DNA from: Candidatus Cloacimonadales bacterium
Lineage (GTDB): Bacteria > Cloacimonadota > Cloacimonadia > Cloacimonadales > JAIOQZ01
Direction of reading: 5' to 3'
NCBI GenBank assembly: GCA_963662655.2
Contig: CAXXTU010000002.1
Location: 1 to 64,000, forward strand
DNA length: 64,000 bases
Part shown: positions 1-8,180 of the stretch, piece after piece
Numbering within the stretch: position 1 is the stretch's first letter
Layout: the number at the start of each line of letters is the position of its first letter
Position numbers and translations under genes: made by a program
Notes under the pieces: model-generated
Seen by the model: the letters and a program-made list of their open reading frames with translations, nothing else
Told to the model about the DNA's origin: nothing
The model's database searches: none

Positions 1-1
1 G

Positions 2-411
2 CAGACCGCGAAAGGCAACAACAAGTCGCACACGACCGTCCTCATCGAGACCGAGAACAAGGACGCTCGTATCCGACTCGAACCGCTCCGCCAGCAAGAT
101 CGCGACGGCGGCTTTATCACCCTCAAGAAAGACCTGCGCGAGGGCATTTTCGCATACCACAGAGTCCCCGCGAGGATCGTTTCGCAGCTCATCCCGGGGC
201 AGCTCGGGGGCGACAACCGCTCCGACATGCTGATGTTCCACCATTTCGTGATCAAGCCGCTCCAGCACCGGCTCGGGCAAGTGTTGAGCAGCGCGTTCAA
301 CGCCGAGTTTGACTGGAAGCTCACCCCGCCGACTTCGACTTCGGCGACCTGACTTCGATCTTCGAGAGCGAGGACGAGAAACTATTCAATTCCAATAGAT
401 TAGGAGGCTGA
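2..411 (+). pseudogene. Phage portal protein C-terminus (PBSX/XkdE-like), 5'-partial, apparent 1-nt frameshift at ~324-327
   Basis: Frame 2 reads ...FITLKKDLREGIFAYHRVPARIV...VIKPLQHRL..., with a portal-like HRVP motif, and stops at 352. Frame 1 from 328 continues ADFDFGDLTSIFESEDEKLF... in phage codon style to TGA 409-411, abutting the next ATG. Confidence 0.7.
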
Positions 412-2148
412 ATGCAAGAACGTAAAACCGTGCGCAAGGGCGAGTTGCGCAACGTCGAGGTGGAGCTCGTTTCGCTGCTGTTCGACGACATGAACCCCGC
501 CAACCAGAAGGGCTTCGTGGTGAAGTCCGCCACCGGCAAGAGCTACAAGGTGCGCGGCTCGTCCGTGAAGTTCAAAAGCGAGACCAAGGGGCGTCAGGGG
601 CGACTGTTCGTGACCCTCATGGAGCCGGACGTGAAGGACGCGCAGGGCGATTTCTACACCGCCGAGGAGATCCAGAAGGCCTGCGACCACTTCAGCAAGC
701 ACGGCATGGTCGGACGCAACGACATCAACCACAACAACCACCCGATCGACGACTTCTCGGTCGCCGAGAACTACATCCTGAAGACCGAGGATCGCACGCA
801 TTTCCCCGATACGAGAGTGGGAGCTTGGGTGCAGGTCTTGAAGTGCGACGACCTCGATTCCGCGCTGTGGAAGAAGGTCGAGAAGGGCGACTTCAACGGC
901 GTCTCGATCTACGGCCGCGCGGACGACTACAACAACACCAACGAGACCTTGAAGGCCATCCGCGACGAGATTGCGGGGCTGCGCGACCTGCAGAAGTCGC
1001 TGAAGGACGCCGACCGTGAAGCGGAACTCGAGTCCGCGATTGACGAGCTTGAGAGCAAGGTTTCGAGGCTGGAGAGCGGCATCGACGACGGCGGTCTGCG
1101 CGAAGCCGTGAAGTCCATCGAGAAGAGCCTCGACAGCCTCTCGACCACGATGAGCCGCGCCATTTCGAAGAGCATTCAGGGCGAGCCTGACACCGATGGC
1201 GGCGACCGCGAGGTGATCGTCAACGGCGAGAAGGTGCTTGTGAAGGCGTCGCACCGCGAGATCTACAAGGGTATCGCGGACGTCGACTCCGGCAAGGCGA
1301 TGAGCATCCTGACGCCCAACAACACGAGCCTGTTCATCGACGAGGTGATCGGTTCCAAGCCGGGCGACACACTGACCGACATCTCGGTCATCCCGCTGCT
1401 CAAGGACGAGAAAATCGACGTCGGCCTCATCGAAGACCTGATCTTCCACAACTCGCTCGACGGTACGCTCTCCGCGCAGGACGTAGCCACCGCCGACCTG
1501 TCCTGCCCCACCGGCATCCTGATGGCCGAGTTCACGTTGGGCCGCGACGTCGTCGAGTTCTACAAGGACAAGTACGGTGAGGACGCCTTCGGAGCCTACG
1601 TTGAGCAGCACATCGCGCGCAAGACCGAGAAGGCGATGAGGCTACTGCTGTTCCGGGGTGACAGGGCATCGGCGACGGCTAAGCTGAAAGCTCTCAACGG
1701 TCTCGTGAAGCTGGCGACCGATGGAGCCGACATCACGGCCATCAGTCCCACAACCTACGACGAGTGGACCGACCGCTTCGAGCAGGTTCTACTCGGCTTC
1801 ACCGACGAGATGCTGGAGGAGCAGGAGAGCTTCCGTATCTACGTGAGCCACAAGGATCTGATTCGCATCCGCACGGAGCTTGGCCAGCGCGAGACGAACA
1901 AGGGCGACAAGCTGCTCCTCGAGGGCGGCAAGGTCAGCTTCAGCGGCATCCCGGTCAAGGCGCGGCTCCTGCCCGACAACTACATCGTCTGCGGCCTGAC
2001 CAAGTTCATCATCATCGGCTATCGCACCGACGCCGAACTCAAGGTGGAGCACCACGGCGCGGACTGGAAGTACCACTGGTACATCCGCATCCGGCCCGGC
2101 ATCACCTACGTTCCGGGCTTCGTCAAATTCTACCAGCTCACCGACTAA
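412..2148 (+). CDS. XkdF-like prohead protease + coiled-coil scaffold + major capsid protein fusion
   Basis: N-terminus VSLL..PANQKGF, EPDVKDAQGD, W..V.KGDFNGVSIYG resembles XkdF-like protease. Central acidic coiled coil; C-terminal ~300 aa capsid-like. Follows the portal; RBS AGGAGG at 402-407. Confidence 0.85.
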   Translation: MQERKTVRKGELRNVEVELVSLLFDDMNPANQKGFVVKSATGKSYKVRGSSVKFKSETKGRQGRLFVTLMEPDVKDAQGDFYTAEEIQKACDHFSKHGMVGRNDINHNNHPIDDFSVAENYILKTEDRTHFPDTRVGAWVQVLKCDDLDSALWKKVEKGDFNGVSIYGRADDYNNTNETLKAIRDEIAGLRDLQKSLKDADREAELESAIDELESKVSRLESGIDDGGLREAVKSIEKSLDSLSTTMSRAISKSIQGEPDTDGGDREVIVNGEKVLVKASHREIYKGIADVDSGKAMSILTPNNTSLFIDEVIGSKPGDTLTDISVIPLLKDEKIDVGLIEDLIFHNSLDGTLSAQDVATADLSCPTGILMAEFTLGRDVVEFYKDKYGEDAFGAYVEQHIARKTEKAMRLLLFRGDRASATAKLKALNGLVKLATDGADITAISPTTYDEWTDRFEQVLLGFTDEMLEEQESFRIYVSHKDLIRIRTELGQRETNKGDKLLLEGGKVSFSGIPVKARLLPDNYIVCGLTKFIIIGYRTDAELKVEHHGADWKYHWYIRIRPGITYVPGFVKFYQLTD

Positions 2149-2156
2149 CCAAAATC

Positions 2157-2247
2157 AATGATGAATGAGGAATGAGCAATTAGAAATGAAGGCACAGACG
2201 CGACCAAACCGCCAGTTGTCATCATTCATAATTCCTAATTCATAATT
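2157..2247. repeat. Inverted arrays of AT-rich heptamer repeats (5 + 4 units)
   Basis: AATGATG AATGAGG AATGAGC AATTAGA AATGAAG (2157-2191) and CATCATT CATAATT CCTAATT CATAATT (2220-2247). Confidence 0.8.
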
Positions 2248-2268
2248 AACGACTGAAAGGAGTTACGT

Positions 2269-2469
2269 ATGTGGAAGTGGATACTCAAACAGGCGATCAA
2301 GGCTCTCGCAGAGCCGATTGTGGACGCCGTCATCAGCGCGCTCGAAGCCCTCGCGAAGCGTAGCGAGAACACCATCGACGACGCCTTCGTGGCGAAGTTC
2401 CGCGAGTTCAAGGAGGCCATCGTCGGCTTCATCCTCGCGCACTGCGACAACATCGTGAAAAGCGCGTAG
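2269..2469 (+). CDS. Small phage protein (66 aa), function unknown
   Basis: Strong RBS AAGGAG, phage codon usage, amphipathic helical sequence. Confidence 0.8.
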   Translation: MWKWILKQAIKALAEPIVDAVISALEALAKRSENTIDDAFVAKFREFKEAIVGFILAHCDNIVKSA

Positions 2470-2478
2470 GGAGCGGCC

Positions 2479-3024
2479 ATGCCCGTAGAAAAACCCACCC
2501 TACCCACCGGCATGAGCTCCGGTGACCTCGCGAACCTGCTCAACCAGATCGGCGGCGTGGACGTGTACAACGTCCACGTCGGGGTCGGCGAGCTGACGGA
2601 GAGCGAAATCTCCGCGATGTTCGCCGCACAGGATGCCATGCAGACCGAGCTGGATTCGAACTTCGAGGAACTCGGCGAACTGGCCGAGAAGCCGTTCAAG
2701 GTCGAATCCAAGACCGAGAAGCTCAAGACCCGGCACTACCAGATCGAGGGCAAGCGCACGAACGTGGTGACCGTCACCATCGTGGGCATCAACGAGGACA
2801 AGAAGAACTGGCTCGAAGAGCAGAGCGCAGGCATGGCGCAGATCACGCTCGTGGCTGTGTCCAAGGACAAGACGCAGGCGGTGCTCATCAACGGCTGCCG
2901 CTGGACGGTCGACTGGAGCGGTGAAGCTGACGGCCTGTACACGCAGGAAGTCACCACCGAGTTCACCGGCAAGACGAGCGGTCGTATCGGATTCTACAAC
3001 AAGATACCGGCCACGGTCGAATAG
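2479..3024 (+). CDS. Probable major tail (tube) protein
   Basis: 181 aa, beta-rich. Lies between the capsid and tail chaperone genes; RBS GGAG. Function inferred from synteny. Confidence 0.55.
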   Translation: MPVEKPTLPTGMSSGDLANLLNQIGGVDVYNVHVGVGELTESEISAMFAAQDAMQTELDSNFEELGELAEKPFKVESKTEKLKTRHYQIEGKRTNVVTVTIVGINEDKKNWLEEQSAGMAQITLVAVSKDKTQAVLINGCRWTVDWSGEADGLYTQEVTTEFTGKTSGRIGFYNKIPATVE

Positions 3025-3032
3025 GAGAGAAC

Positions 3033-3233
3033 ATGGACTGCAGATGCGATCCTGAAATTCGCAAGAAGATATCGGACGTGCACAAGGAGGTCTACGGCAA
3101 CGGCGATTCGAGCCGGTCAATGGTCACCCGTATTGCGCGACTGGAAACCAACATCAAGCTGCTCACCAGCCTGACCGTCAGCCAGTTCTTTCTGCTCGTC
3201 GGCGTCGCCGTGAAGACCTTTCTGGGGGCGTGA
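3033..3233 (+). CDS. Small membrane protein (coiled coil + C-terminal TM; holin/XhlA-like)
   Basis: YGNG..S..TRIARLE followed by hydrophobic LLTSLTVSQFFLLVGVAV; RBS AGGAG. Confidence 0.6.
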   Translation: MDCRCDPEIRKKISDVHKEVYGNGDSSRSMVTRIARLETNIKLLTSLTVSQFFLLVGVAVKTFLGA

Positions 3234-3556
3234 TGGACATCAGTTACGCGACCTTTCGCAAGGTGCTATCGACGCTTCTGAGGAACGAAAACCTGCGCGA
3301 CGGACTCACCGACCTGCTCGCCGGTAACGAGCTGGAACTGAGCGAGGTCAGCTTCCTGGACTTGCTCGAAGCCTCGAACGTCGACATCGACATCCTGCGC
3401 ATCCTCACCGGACGCGAGCCTGAGGACACTTCTCCCCAGCAGGCGGCGGAGGTGTTCACGGCTTTTTTCTCGGCTGTCAGAGGCAGTTGGCGCGCGTTTC
3501 AGCCCTTGCTCGACGCTTTGGGCTACACGGCGCAAGTGCAAGCGGGGACAGCATAG
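3230..3556 (+). CDS. Probable tail assembly chaperone (gpG-like) with -1 frameshift site
   Basis: 108-aa acidic helical protein downstream of the tail tube; in-frame T TTT TTC heptamer at 3463-3469. Confidence 0.6.
   Translation: MMDISYATFRKVLSTLLRNENLRDGLTDLLAGNELELSEVSFLDLLEASNVDIDILRILTGREPEDTSPQQAAEVFTAFFSAVRGSWRAFQPLLDALGYTAQVQAGTA
3463..3469 (+). other. Candidate programmed -1 ribosomal frameshift site (T TTT TTC)
   Basis: X XXY YYZ pattern in the reading frame of 3230..3556; the -1 frame is open from 3424 to 4434. Confidence 0.6.
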
Positions 3557-3672
3557 AACGTATCGAGATGGCCCTGCGCGGGGCGGGGTTCACACAGGCC
3601 GACTTCATCGAGCTGAGCCTGTCCGAACTCTACCTCCGCTACTGCCTCGCCATCGAAACAACAAGAAACACA

Positions 3673-4434
3673 ATGGATAGTCTCATCACATGGATCGGCG
3701 GCAAGAAGCTGCTGCGCAAGAAAATCGCCAGCCTCGTCCCTGACGACATCACCGGCTATGTGGAGCCGTTCGGCGGCGCGGGTTGGGTGCTCTTCCACCG
3801 CGACCGCTGGGCCCGTCTCGAGGTATACAACGACCTCGATTCGCGTCTCACAAACCTCTTTCTGCAGGTGAAGTTCCATCCCGATGCACTCGTGAAGGAG
3901 CTCGAGCTGATGCCAGCCTCCCGAGCATTGTTTGACGAACTGGTCGACCAGCCCGGTCTGACAGAGCTGCAACGCGCCGCGCGATTCCTCTACATCATCA
4001 CCCGTTCGTTCGGCGGCAAGGGCGAGCACTTCGGCAGGGCATCCACGTCCGGCCCCAGCAGCATGCAGCGCAAGCTGGAGCGCGTTCACGACCTCAGCAA
4101 GCGGCTCGACAAGGTGACCATCGAACACTTACCCTACGAAGAGCTGATCGCTTTCTACGACCGGCCCGGCGTCTTCTTCTACTGCGACCCGCCATACGTG
4201 CACGGCACCACCTACGCCAACGCGCGCCACTTCGATCACGAGCGGCTTCGGGACGTACTCAAAGGCGTGAAAGGCCGCTGGCTGCTTAGTTACGACGACT
4301 GCCCCGAAGTGCACGAGCTGTACGCCGGTCACACGATCATCCCGGTCAGCCGCGTAAAGGGCATCAACCGCATGCAGGGAGAGAGCATGTTCAAGGAGGT
4401 GATCATCGCAAACTATGAGGTGCCAAATGAATAG
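3673..4434 (+). CDS. DNA N6-adenine methyltransferase (Dam/D12 class, alpha-type motif order)
   Basis: WIGGK, VEPFGGAGWV (SAM-binding), YND, CDPPY, WLLSYDD, EVIIANY. The frame is open upstream without a stop into the chaperone -1 frame. Confidence 0.93.
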   Translation: MDSLITWIGGKKLLRKKIASLVPDDITGYVEPFGGAGWVLFHRDRWARLEVYNDLDSRLTNLFLQVKFHPDALVKELELMPASRALFDELVDQPGLTELQRAARFLYIITRSFGGKGEHFGRASTSGPSSMQRKLERVHDLSKRLDKVTIEHLPYEELIAFYDRPGVFFYCDPPYVHGTTYANARHFDHERLRDVLKGVKGRWLLSYDDCPEVHELYAGHTIIPVSRVKGINRMQGESMFKEVIIANYEVPNE

Positions 4435-4531
4435 CGTTATCGGCTGGGTGGGCGGCAAGCGGCTGTTGCGCAAGGATACTTCCGAGTGCGTTCCACAAGG
4501 ATTCAATCAAACTTCGAGTCTGAAACCTTGA
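4427..4531 (+). pseudogene. Truncated second Dam-family methyltransferase (N-terminal ~27 codons)
   Basis: MNSVIGWVGGKRLLRKDTSECVPQGF aligns without gaps to MDSLITWIGGKKLLRKKIASLVPDDI. The ATG overlaps the end of the previous gene (RBS GAGGTG); the gene breaks at the AT-rich insert. Confidence 0.85.
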
Positions 4532-4556
4532 ATGCAAAGCAATATTGTAATTATAC

Positions 4557-4585
4557 TTGACTTCGTGCAAGGACGGTATTAGACT
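4557..4585 (+). promoter_or_regulatory. sigma70-like promoter of the cargo gene
   Basis: TTGACT-17 bp-TAGACT. Confidence 0.55.
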
Positions 4586-4782
4586 ATCTTATAGGTAAGT
4601 GTGTTTGTTTCTAAAAATAACTGTGAGATGGATTGCGCCAAAAGAATCACCTCTGTAGATTGCCACAAAACGTTAAACCTAACAAAATGAGCATGAAGCT
4701 GGTATAACCCGAATTAATGCGACTAATTGATGTCCCGAAGCAATACTTGTGTAGGTTATCCTAAACTTAAAGGTCGATACCT

Positions 4783-6294
4783 ATGAAGGTCTTATTGATA
4801 TACCCATTTTGTCCAGACTCGTTCTGGAGTTTTCGTTACGCATTGCATTTCATTTTGAAAAAGGCAAGTGATCCCCCACTTGGTCTCTTAACTGTGGCAG
4901 CCATGCTTCCTAGGGATTGGCAGATCGAAGTGATCGACATGAATGTGTCTAAATTACAGAAGCAGGATATTCTTCGGGCCGATTTGGTCTTTGTAAGCGC
5001 AATGTCAATCCAGAGAAAATCAGTATTGAAAGTGATCGATCAATGCCATAATCTTGGACGAAAGGTTGTGGCAGGCGGACCGCTGTTCACATCACAGCCG
5101 GATGCATTCCCGATGGTCGATTATTTGCTTCTTGGCGAGGCGGAAGTCATTTTACCGGAATTTCTTGTCGATCTTTCCAGCGGGAATCCTAAGAAAATCT
5201 ATAGAGCCACAACATGGGCCGATATTACGACGACTCCGCTACCTCGTTGGGATTTGATCGATTTCAGAAAGTACGCTTCAATTGACATTCAGTATTCGAG
5301 GGGATGTCCGTTCCATTGCAGTTTTTGCGATATTTCCGTTTTATTCGGAAATGTGCCAAGAACGAAGACTCGCGAGCAAATTCTGGCTGAAATGACTTCA
5401 CTGTATTCCCATGGGTGGCGCGGTGCAGTTTTTTTGGTGGATGACAATTTTATTGGCAATATCAAGAAGTTGAAAAGTGATATTCTTCCTGGTATTATTT
5501 CCTGGATGCAGGAACATCGCTATCCATTTTCCCTCTATACCGAATGCTCGATCAATATGGCAGACGATGAACCATTGATGCAGATGATGGCGGCTGCCGG
5601 GTTTGACACGGTCTTCATAGGGATTGAAACGGTGGACGAAAACAGCCTCGTCGAATGTGGAAAGGTCGCCAATTGCCGGAGAGATATTATTGCTTCCGTG
5701 CGAAAGATCCAGACCTTCGGGTTTGAGGTCATGGGAGGATTTATCATCGGTTTCGACAATGATAAACCTACAGTATTCGATAAAATGTTTGAATTCATTC
5801 AGGATAGCGGTATCGTTACCGCCATGGTTGGCTTACTCAATGCTCCGGTCAACACCACCCTATATAAACGCATGGACGAGGAAGGAAGACTAATCGGAAA
5901 AATGACCGGCGATAACACTGATATATCGATGAATTTTATTCCAGCGATGAGAATAGAAACTCTTATCTCCGGTTACAAGCGTTTAATGAATAAATTATAC
6001 TCTCCAAAGGTCTTTTACGATAGAGTGAGAACCTTTCTATCAATCGATAAGCGAAAGCCCCTTCATGAATCGGTCCATTTCTACGAAGTCATCGCGTTGT
6101 TGAAAACATTTATAATTTTAGGTGTTATTGGCAAAGAACGGTCCCAGTACTGGAAGCTTCTCTTCTGGAGTATTTTTCGAAAACCACATTCGTTCCGTAA
6201 GGTTATCACTTATGCTATCTACGGTTACCATTTTCGTAAGATGATGCAACAGTATTCTCAAAATGGAACACCACCAACTACTGCCTCTTCTTGA
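4783..6294 (+). CDS. B12-binding radical SAM protein (DUF4070/HpnP-like family)
   Basis: PPLGLLTVAAMLP cobalamin-binding N-terminus, SRGCPFHCSFC (CxxxCxxC), VDDNFIG, VFIGIET, GGFIIGFDND. Confidence 0.92.
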   Translation: MKVLLIYPFCPDSFWSFRYALHFILKKASDPPLGLLTVAAMLPRDWQIEVIDMNVSKLQKQDILRADLVFVSAMSIQRKSVLKVIDQCHNLGRKVVAGGPLFTSQPDAFPMVDYLLLGEAEVILPEFLVDLSSGNPKKIYRATTWADITTTPLPRWDLIDFRKYASIDIQYSRGCPFHCSFCDISVLFGNVPRTKTREQILAEMTSLYSHGWRGAVFLVDDNFIGNIKKLKSDILPGIISWMQEHRYPFSLYTECSINMADDEPLMQMMAAAGFDTVFIGIETVDENSLVECGKVANCRRDIIASVRKIQTFGFEVMGGFIIGFDNDKPTVFDKMFEFIQDSGIVTAMVGLLNAPVNTTLYKRMDEEGRLIGKMTGDNTDISMNFIPAMRIETLISGYKRLMNKLYSPKVFYDRVRTFLSIDKRKPLHESVHFYEVIALLKTFIILGVIGKERSQYWKLLFWSIFRKPHSFRKVITYAIYGYHFRKMMQQYSQNGTPPTTASS

Positions 6295-6394
6295 ACTCTT
6301 TTTTATTACGAGAAACACAAAGTTATCAATAGTTAAATGCATTCTCCAAATCAGCCCCAAGAACCTCCTCTTCTGTATCAGCATCTTTGTGTAG

Positions 6395-7723
6395 ATGATA
6401 CGGCAGACTTCGAGTTCTCTCGGGGTCGAGTTCGAGTGCTTCCGCAACGACTGGATCGAGCAGAACATTCTGTCCGGTGAGCACGAGTACGACCGCTATA
6501 TTTCACACTACTTCGTGCGGCTCTACGAAGACTCCACGCTGGTGTTCCACGGCATCGTCGACACCTCTTTCGTGAGCCACGACGCCAAGACCGACGTGGT
6601 CTCGTTCACCTGCTACGACTACCTGCGGCTGTTCGCCAAGTTCGACGACCAGACCATGCTCTACGCCCTCCACAGCGGCTACTCCGCCGACTACTGCTTC
6701 CGTTATCTGGCGCAGGGCATTGAGGTCGCACTGGGTAATGAGATCACCATCCCCTGCTCGTGGTACGGCTACACGCCGCTTCAGATCGCGGTGACCGACC
6801 TGCCAATCCTGCAACTCGACTGGCTGCGCATGGTGCGGAAGTTTCGCCAGTGGAACGGCCAACTCGCCTGCTACTGCGGCTTTCGCTACGCTCCCATGTT
6901 CAGCGGCGACTACGTCCCCGAGTTCCGGCTGCTCTTCTACTGCGAACACGTCCACGAGGGCAACATCCAGTGCAAGGTCTATGCGCGCAAGTTCCGCTTC
7001 TACAACGCAATCTGCTGGATTGAGGACGACGCCGCCGAGATCGACGATAAGTCCGATGTTTACAGCACGACGCAGTACGACGAGATGCTCGCGTGGCGCG
7101 ATGAATTGTGCGCAGAGTACGTGCCGTTCGAGCCGTGGGCTTCCGCGCGAACGTTCCACCACAGCGGCAACACCTATAGTATAGGAATAGAGAACGCCGA
7201 CCTCGACGACGCCACTGCACCGGAGTACAAGTACGTAACTTACACCGGCAACGCCGTGCCTGCGAACCTCTATCCGAAGGGCTTCTACGAGGGCGAGAAC
7301 GAGACGCTGGAGAAGCTCAAAGCTCTAAAAGCCGCGCTACTGCTGCACAATCTGACTATCGTCTCGTTGCCCGGCGGCACGTTGAAGCTGGTCAACAAGG
7401 TCGACGCTTCGAACACGGTCACCACCATCGACTCGGCAGACATCATCGAGTTCAAGCGGAAGCGGCTTAACCGCTCCCGGCCCGACACCTCCGTCCTGGA
7501 CTGTCTCGTCGGCGACACGATCAACCTGAAGCAGCTCATCGCGGACTACTACGAGACCCTCTTCTGCCAGACGTGGAGCCTCGAAGTAACCGTCGACAAC
7601 CTCGCTAAATACGACCTGTCGCTGTTCGACAAGCTCTTGATCGAGGGCGTGCAATACCGCATCACCGAGCTGCAGCGCGACCCGAAAGCTGACGAGTACA
7701 AGATCAAGGCGTGGGAGGTCTGA
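6395..7723 (+). CDS. Phage tail (hub/baseplate-region) protein, probably 5'-truncated
   Basis: Phage codon usage resumes at ~6420; the ATG lies inside the insert with no clear RBS; couples to the next gene via TGATG. Confidence 0.65.
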   Translation: MIRQTSSSLGVEFECFRNDWIEQNILSGEHEYDRYISHYFVRLYEDSTLVFHGIVDTSFVSHDAKTDVVSFTCYDYLRLFAKFDDQTMLYALHSGYSADYCFRYLAQGIEVALGNEITIPCSWYGYTPLQIAVTDLPILQLDWLRMVRKFRQWNGQLACYCGFRYAPMFSGDYVPEFRLLFYCEHVHEGNIQCKVYARKFRFYNAICWIEDDAAEIDDKSDVYSTTQYDEMLAWRDELCAEYVPFEPWASARTFHHSGNTYSIGIENADLDDATAPEYKYVTYTGNAVPANLYPKGFYEGENETLEKLKALKAALLLHNLTIVSLPGGTLKLVNKVDASNTVTTIDSADIIEFKRKRLNRSRPDTSVLDCLVGDTINLKQLIADYYETLFCQTWSLEVTVDNLAKYDLSLFDKLLIEGVQYRITELQRDPKADEYKIKAWEV

Positions 7724-8172
7724 TGCTGTGCTACGACGGCTTCCGCATTATCTCCATCGCTGGCGGCGCGTACTCCGGCTTCGTGGTTGAAAGCGGCGTG
7801 ATCGACTACCAGCCGCAGCGCAAGTATCGTGTCGAGAAGCAGTGCGCCTTCGATCCGACCATCCTCATCCGGCGCGAGCCATACAACGAGGACACCATCG
7901 AGTGCGAGGCGTACCTGCCGGCGAACCAGTACGACGAGCTGTACGCCATCCTGAGCGGCGCAGACCAGCTTTACATCGAGTTCGACGCCGGTTCTGGTAC
8001 GCTGCAGTTTCCGGTGGTCATCGACAAGCTGCCCAAGCTCGAGGACGACGCACGGTCGCACCGAAGCCGCATCAAATTCACACTCACCAGCATCTACAAG
8101 CAGTTGTCGCTCATCGACTTCGATAGCGTGTTCGGTTACGGCAACGGCTGGGGCGACTGCTGGGGATTTTAG
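7723..8172 (+). CDS. Phage tail protein (distal-tail-like), hypothetical
   Basis: TGATG coupling, RBS GGAGG, phage codon usage, position in the tail module. Confidence 0.7.
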   Translation: MLCYDGFRIISIAGGAYSGFVVESGVIDYQPQRKYRVEKQCAFDPTILIRREPYNEDTIECEAYLPANQYDELYAILSGADQLYIEFDAGSGTLQFPVVIDKLPKLEDDARSHRSRIKFTLTSIYKQLSLIDFDSVFGYGNGWGDCWGF

Positions 8173-8180
8173 GAGGATGC

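Larger units (their letters stand above)
4511..6415. mobile_element. AT-rich insert (moron) flanked by ACTTCGAGT direct repeats
   Basis: ACTTCGAGT at 4511-4519 and 6407-6415 (11/12 identity including the preceding CA(A/G)). Abrupt drop in GC; truncated phage genes on both sides. Confidence 0.7.

Noticed and set aside
400..1611. 403-aa minus-strand ORF over the capsid gene, and similar shadow ORFs at 19587-20831, 31277-32476, 57707-58633 and 59653-60633
   Set aside because: Antisense shadows of genes with biased codon usage; no motifs or RBS support.
3487..3672. TTG at 3487 as the true MTase start
   Set aside because: No RBS, it overlaps the chaperone gene, and MTase similarity begins at ATG 3673. 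The stretch is better explained as the -1 frame chaperone extension.
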